64,000 nt of DNA from a virus (Duplodnaviria; Caudoviricetes), in IMG/VR virus record IMGVR_UViG_3300047545_000306, positions 1-64,000 of that record. One strand, 5' to 3'. The translations under genes and the position numbers were made by a program. Positions 58,596-64,000 of this stretch are shown piece by piece; position 1 is the stretch's first letter, and each line of letters begins with the position of its first letter. The notes below the pieces were generated by a model. The model was not told where the DNA came from, did no database searches, and worked only from the letters and a program-made list of their open reading frames with translations.

Positions 58596-61500
58596 TTAAA
58601 TTACCTCACTAAGATATGCTGTCATGTCTGGTCCAGAGTTTGTTCTTGCATACTCTATGTTGTAAACCACAAACCTTGAATCATTTGGCTGGATGTCAAC
58701 TCCGTTGGTATCCTTGTAGTCAATAGAGACAACGTCTCCCAGCTGTAGCGTTGGCATTGCAAAAAGCTTCATACCAACTGATCTCTTTGGCTTCATGATC
58801 TTTGATGTCATCCACGTCATGATTGCTTCCGCATCGTCCTGGTTTTGAATATATGTTCCAGTTATGTTGAATTCATTTCTACCGAACATGTTTCTGCTAT
58901 TCTTTATCTTTAGGTACTTGTCTGCTTGGTCTTTTGGAGATATTAGCCTTGTACCGTTTTCGTATTCTGGATCTGAGAAGTCGCTTCTCTTAGAGAAAAA
59001 ATCATCTACGGATAGCTCGTTTTGAGACTGATTTGTAAAAGCTATTCCAGATATGACAAGATAGTTTCCGCTACCACTACCAAGACTGATTGCCGAGTCG
59101 GTGGCGTTGAAGATAAGGAACTCTGCACCGTATGCACCTGCGATAAATCCAGAAGTAGAATATGACTTTAGGCTATTGTATGTTGGTGCAATGTAAGCAT
59201 ATAGTGCTGGATATGTCTTGTCATATCGAACCTTAAAGTAGGCAGCTTCCCTCATGATAGTCCCGAACTCGTCATAGTATATGTTGTACTTTGGTGGAGA
59301 CGATGCTCCAATTCCAGAAAGGTATACTGACCTTACCAAGCCGCTCATAGCATACTTGTTTAGAGCAGCATCTGTAGTGATATGATCATCCAAGAATACA
59401 GAATTGACAGGAGTATCTATGGCTTCTGATGTTTTGATTGCATAGTTTTCAGCCAATGCATACACATTTTCAAACATACATCTGGCACCGCCACGAACGA
59501 ACAAGACCATATTGTTGTTGTTAACATGTGGTAGTGGGTCTGTGTCATCGACTACACCAACTAGAGAGCTGTTTATGTATAGATAGAATCTTCTAAGGTT
59601 GGCATTGATATCTATGTACTCTACCGCAAGGTCATAGACAGAAACGTCCTTATCGCCAACAAGCTTTGCCTGACCAGTTTGAATTCCAGCATCTACCACA
59701 ATACCGTGGTTTTGCCCCCAGAGCTTGACTGGGATTGCAACGCTAGTTCCAGACTCTTTCATGACCTTGTAGAATATTACATCGTCTGCACCAGCCGTAG
59801 TAGACCAGCCTATCAGCTCAAAGAAATATCCGTTATTTGTTTTTGGATTTACGAGCACTCCCAAACCACCTGACGCAGCGTCCACATCTGTTGCTGTATT
59901 TGACTGAGAGCTAATTGCAGATAGGTATGCGGATGCTCCATTTGGAGTTTGGTTTTTAAAGTTTGAATTTTCTAGCCTACCAATGACCCTCATCCTGGTA
60001 CCAAAGTGCTTAAACTTATTTGAGAAACCATCTAGCGGTTTATTGACATATGAAATCAGGCTGGTTGGATTATACGAGTTTGTCAGCGATGGACCATTGA
60101 TGATTAGGGCTGAAGATTGGATTGAGCCAGGGATGGCACTACTATATTGTGTAATATCTGAGTCTGGAATGTTTGTCGAACTGAGGAACGTTTTCATGAT
60201 TCCATTTCTAGTGGCTTTCTTGGATAGCCCTGATGCATCTAGACCAGCTGCACCTGGCTCAACAAGCGTATCGGTAGTTACTGATATGGTTGCGTTTAGC
60301 AAGGCAACTACTGGGGTATTGTCTATGGTGACCGAGTACTTAAAGGTAATTGGATTAATTACTGTATTTATTGCCGATATCCTAGTTGTTTCTGTTGCAT
60401 GTAGCTGACCAGTGCCACCAAGTAGATTAACTACCTGGTTAATTTTTAGAGATGTGATGTCTGAAACGTATAGTGTCTTCCCAGAGGATGAGACACCCTG
60501 AACCGTTGTAGTCTTCTTGCTTGGGTCAAACAAGTACTCTGAGTCCATAATGCAGCCATATACGTTTGCGTCACTTGTCCAGTGGCTATTTAGACCTGCG
60601 TCGTGCGAGACTATGTCTGTTCCAAATTGACCACGACCGTGTTTGATAACGCTACCATTCTTTATTTTTGTAACACCATCTACGACTTCGTAGTTTGGCT
60701 CTGAGTAAATTCTGACTAGACCAGTTCTATATATCTTTCCGTTAAAAGGAACCTTTGAGAAGTACTTCTGATACTCCTGAACGCTTGATATCCAGACGTT
60801 GCTTCCCTCTAGTAGCTCTGATGGAACATCCATCTGCTGGATTCCAGGTATACTAAACTGGACTGCATCATATTTTATAATCTCTCCGTTTGCATAGAAG
60901 TAGCCTTTATACCTGTTTCCAACCCAAGAAATATTTTCGCCAAGGTCGATAATATTATTTTTTATTTTTCCATCCACAACGACTGGAACATCTGCGGTTA
61001 GCGTAGTGTTAAGTGGCACTGCTGATAGTGCATACTCATGAGTTCCTGCGTTACCAGAGTGATCTGGAGTAGTGTCTGGATCTGCTGGGAGGTTCCATAG
61101 CTCTGATATCTTGTACGTCCAGTTCTTATCTATGTCTAGCGATTGTGCTGAGTCTAGCGTTCCATAGTTTCTCTGAATAGATCTTTCAGTATAAATAATT
61201 TTGCCGTCATTGAATACCGAGTTTGTTTGAGAGCTTAGGTCAATAATGTTAGACATATTTCCAGAATCTGGAGATCCGTATAGGACCATGTCCGTATCTC
61301 TTTCTGATGTTGTTGGGAGCATGTACTCTCTGCTCATCATTACGAAATTATTGTACTCGTCAAAGAACATCGCTGTTTGGGTTGACATGGCTATGTCGTT
61401 TAGAACCTGAGCAATTGTTTGGTCCTGCTGGATAAAGAAGAAAGGTATTATGGACTCTGACTCTCCAGACACTCTCTTAAATAGATAGTTAGAGAATCCG

Positions 61501-63107
61501 ATAGAGTCTAGCAGAATTGATACTGCAGAGCTTACAGAAATATCTCTTAGAAGCATCTGTGGTGCTGTAAGGGATTCGAAGTAGAAAAACATGTCTCTTA
61601 GGGACATCGTTACTTTTCTTTCTGAGCTCTTTTGCTCTGGGAATCCCTCGGAATATAGCGTCTTGATTGGAACAAAATAATTGTATCCATCCACATCTAA
61701 GATCTCTTCGTAAAACTTTAGCTGAATGTTGTTGCCAACATACTTAGAGATTATACTGTCTTCGTTGTTGTGATTGAATGATTGATCATAATCAAATATT
61801 TCTAGGTTTCCTGTTGAGGCTAGTAGTTGGCTTACTGGCAATCCAGATACCCCAAGATCTGAGGCAACCTTGGTAACAGAATAGCTTGTGACTCTATCTG
61901 ATAAGTCTACCGCTAATCTTGGTGATAGTTCTATCAGGTCGAAGGTGGAGTCGAACTTGTTCATTGTATCAACCACAATTCTTAGACCGTCAACATACAT
62001 GAACTCTCTGTAATTAATTCTGCTAGAGTTGTCTGTATACTGTGGTGGATTAGTGAGAGATTTTACGTACCCAAGTCTAGAGGTCACGTCTGCCTCATTT
62101 AGGTACCATCCATAACGTGCTGGGAATGACTTGTACTCTGTGCCAGTCCAGATGTAGTATTGACCAATGTCTTGACTATTCTGCCTAACCAAGTATGCAT
62201 ATCCTGTTATAGATTCTGTTGGCAAAAGCTCTGCATCTGGGAACTCTTCAGCTTCTATAAAAATACTTGAGTATTCGTTTGGAACGATTAGACCGTAGGA
62301 AATTTCTACGTATCCGTCAGAGCCGATCACTGAGTCGCCGTTGGTCTTTCGTGAGTTCTCGTCGAACTTTATAGCATCTATCCAGTTAGTACCATCCAGA
62401 TACTGAACCTTCCAACGCTTTGGCGTAGTCTGGTTTGCTTGACCATAAAACGGATCTGAAGATGATCCAGCGTCAGTGGACAGGGCTCCTAGGTCAACCG
62501 ACCCAACCCCTGTCTGCATCTTTACAATGACCCTGTTGGCTGGAACCTTGTCCTTGTACACCACAAAAGGTGCGGCATCTTCTATGTGATAATTGCTTCC
62601 AATTGTTATATTTGATATTCCTCGCTCACCATTTTCGGTTCTATACGATGTCCAGTATTTAAACTTATCCTCTGGATCTGCGAGATAGTACCGTGGTCTT
62701 TTTGCCATGTCTGGATTTGGATTTGATAGGTAGTGACTTTCAAAGAACCTTAGCTTATTGATGCCAGATCGTGGTCTGAATCTATCGAAGCACTCGTCTA
62801 GCGAATATAGCAACTTTTCTTTGTCTCTGGGCTTTGTAAAGATAATTGGAATATCTTCGGTAGTTCTTCCAGCATCGATTGAAGCACTTGCGTCAGTTGC
62901 TCCAGTGTAAAAATTTCCCTGATCATATTCGTCAAATGAGTTTGCCAGAGTTCTGTACTGATCAGAGGTGGTTGGTCTGTATCTATAGTTTCCAACCTTA
63001 AAGATGTTGTCTGCAATGTTTAAGTTCCATTCTGCAACAACTAAAGCCTGTGCCTTAATTGAAGAAGATGTCTGCAGGTGATTTAGAAGATCATCATTCT
63101 GGAACAT
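58596..63107 (-). CDS. large minor tail / baseplate hub protein
   Basis: 1503 aa; FFDEYNNF hub-like region; P.LQLGD.V C-terminus. Confidence 0.65.
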   Translation of the reverse strand: MFQNDDLLNHLQTSSSIKAQALVVAEWNLNIADNIFKVGNYRYRPTTSDQYRTLANSFDEYDQGNFYTGATDASASIDAGRTTEDIPIIFTKPRDKEKLLYSLDECFDRFRPRSGINKLRFFESHYLSNPNPDMAKRPRYYLADPEDKFKYWTSYRTENGERGISNITIGSNYHIEDAAPFVVYKDKVPANRVIVKMQTGVGSVDLGALSTDAGSSSDPFYGQANQTTPKRWKVQYLDGTNWIDAIKFDENSRKTNGDSVIGSDGYVEISYGLIVPNEYSSIFIEAEEFPDAELLPTESITGYAYLVRQNSQDIGQYYIWTGTEYKSFPARYGWYLNEADVTSRLGYVKSLTNPPQYTDNSSRINYREFMYVDGLRIVVDTMNKFDSTFDLIELSPRLAVDLSDRVTSYSVTKVASDLGVSGLPVSQLLASTGNLEIFDYDQSFNHNNEDSIISKYVGNNIQLKFYEEILDVDGYNYFVPIKTLYSEGFPEQKSSERKVTMSLRDMFFYFESLTAPQMLLRDISVSSAVSILLDSIGFSNYLFKRVSGESESIIPFFFIQQDQTIAQVLNDIAMSTQTAMFFDEYNNFVMMSREYMLPTTSERDTDMVLYGSPDSGNMSNIIDLSSQTNSVFNDGKIIYTERSIQRNYGTLDSAQSLDIDKNWTYKISELWNLPADPDTTPDHSGNAGTHEYALSAVPLNTTLTADVPVVVDGKIKNNIIDLGENISWVGNRYKGYFYANGEIIKYDAVQFSIPGIQQMDVPSELLEGSNVWISSVQEYQKYFSKVPFNGKIYRTGLVRIYSEPNYEVVDGVTKIKNGSVIKHGRGQFGTDIVSHDAGLNSHWTSDANVYGCIMDSEYLFDPSKKTTTVQGVSSSGKTLYVSDITSLKINQVVNLLGGTGQLHATETTRISAINTVINPITFKYSVTIDNTPVVALLNATISVTTDTLVEPGAAGLDASGLSKKATRNGIMKTFLSSTNIPDSDITQYSSAIPGSIQSSALIINGPSLTNSYNPTSLISYVNKPLDGFSNKFKHFGTRMRVIGRLENSNFKNQTPNGASAYLSAISSQSNTATDVDAASGGLGVLVNPKTNNGYFFELIGWSTTAGADDVIFYKVMKESGTSVAIPVKLWGQNHGIVVDAGIQTGQAKLVGDKDVSVYDLAVEYIDINANLRRFYLYINSSLVGVVDDTDPLPHVNNNNMVLFVRGGARCMFENVYALAENYAIKTSEAIDTPVNSVFLDDHITTDAALNKYAMSGLVRSVYLSGIGASSPPKYNIYYDEFGTIMREAAYFKVRYDKTYPALYAYIAPTYNSLKSYSTSGFIAGAYGAEFLIFNATDSAISLGSGSGNYLVISGIAFTNQSQNELSVDDFFSKRSDFSDPEYENGTRLISPKDQADKYLKIKNSRNMFGRNEFNITGTYIQNQDDAEAIMTWMTSKIMKPKRSVGMKLFAMPTLQLGDVVSIDYKDTNGVDIQPNDSRFVVYNIEYARTNSGPDMTAYLSEVI

Positions 63108-63736
63108 TATGCCTCTTCCAGCTTTATGCTTACATTCCAGAAGTCGTGTGTTCCTGTACCACGCTTAGATACCGTGTAGGAGAAGTCTGCTATAAACATC
63201 TCAACGAGATGTGAGTACTGATTTAGATGCCCATATGAAGAGTCTCCAGATCCAAAGCTTGATGGCTTGTCGTAGGCTAAGAATACCCAGAAAGATCCTG
63301 TGTGATTGTTGTACCAGTCTAGGAGGTCAGCTCCGCCTGCACCGCCATCGGTAGTGTATCCGTAGGCATCTAGGCTAGCTTTTCCATCTGTTCCAAAATT
63401 TGGCTTTACCGCAAATGATCTTGATGGCAAGTTTTCCCAAGATAGCGATAGAGAGATTTTGTCTGCAACGTGATACGATCTCATTCTACCATTGACCATT
63501 CGCTCACGCTTTTCTATTCTTTGCTTGCCCATATCTATTGGCGAACGGTTGTCATCTGAAAGAATCAGGAATTGATCAACTAGCGAGAGGTCGGTGTCTT
63601 CTGGAACATCAGCATTTATCTCATACCCAAGTGGAACATACTTACCGTTCTCTAGGGTTCCAGAGTTTTCAGAAAACAGAATGCCCTGTGGTCTTCCGTA
63701 CTTCTGTCTTCCAGACATGTAAGCTGCTGTTGCCAT
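63107..63736 (-). CDS. putative distal tail protein
   Basis: Follows the tape measure gene; RM.NG.MR..W..L..WNV.I.LEE. Confidence 0.55.
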   Translation of the reverse strand: MATAAYMSGRQKYGRPQGILFSENSGTLENGKYVPLGYEINADVPEDTDLSLVDQFLILSDDNRSPIDMGKQRIEKRERMVNGRMRSYHVADKISLSLSWENLPSRSFAVKPNFGTDGKASLDAYGYTTDGGAGGADLLDWYNNHTGSFWVFLAYDKPSSFGSGDSSYGHLNQYSHLVEMFIADFSYTVSKRGTGTHDFWNVSIKLEEA

Positions 63737-64000
63737 TATAGCCTATTCCCTCTAATTCTTTGTGAGTCTATTTGCTTGATCTTTGACATTACTACATCTG
63801 CTACATCGTTGGCATTCATGTTTGATCCGTTTAGACTTACGCTTAGATTATAATTATACACTGATTCGCCGTTGTATGTTCCATTGTTTATAGCCTTAAG
63901 GTTATCTACCCCAAAATTATCTACAGCATACTTACGAACTATAAACTCTCCAGGAGTAAGCATCGCAGGAATCGTGTCTGTGCCCTTTGCAAAACCACCA
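63736..64000 (-). CDS. tape measure protein, C-terminal fragment (runs off the window)
   Basis: GG..GTDTIPAMLTPGEFIV..AV..G..L.AIN. Confidence 0.75.
   Translation of the reverse strand, partial: GGFAKGTDTIPAMLTPGEFIVRKYAVDNFGVDNLKAINNGTYNGESVYNYNLSVSLNGSNMNANDVADVVMSKIKQIDSQRIRGNRL

Overview
A 64-kb segment of a large tailed dsDNA phage (Caudoviricetes), transcribed almost entirely on the minus strand. The host is very likely an actinobacterium, possibly a freshwater Microbacteriaceae-type (inference), based on WhiB, class Ib NrdHIEF, a short-variable-arm tRNA-Leu(CAA) and many leaderless sigmaA-type promoters. Left to right: (i) an ~890-nt ORF-poor, AT-rich control region with short repeats, a perfect sigmaA promoter, 10-bp-phased CCAC boxes and a cluster of consensus DnaA boxes (candidate origin); (ii) small hypothetical genes; (iii) a large accessory region with 15 tRNAs, several unexplained structured RNAs between the tRNAs, groES, thyX, dps, whiB, an endolysin and an unusually rich glycan/protein-modification toolkit (2x GT8, GT60-like, 2x GT61, GT-A, nucleotidyltransferase-HAD fusion, cupin, RmlB, sugar C-methyltransferase, carbamoyltransferase, 2x SGNH-like, 2OG-Fe(II) oxygenases); (iv) secreted/surface proteins, including a lectin-domain Pro/Thr-rich protein; (v) nrdFEI, terminase and the replication/recombination core (RuvC-like, Cas4-like, RecA, NrdH, MazG, DnaE, SSB, primase, helicase); (vi) tail genes up to the 3' end of the tape measure gene. 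The best candidates for novelty are a possible phage hydroxyproline/branched-sugar glycosylation system, pseudoknotted ncRNAs inside the tRNA arrays, and a DnaA-box/MraZ-box control locus. All calls come from motif recognition by eye; no searches were run.
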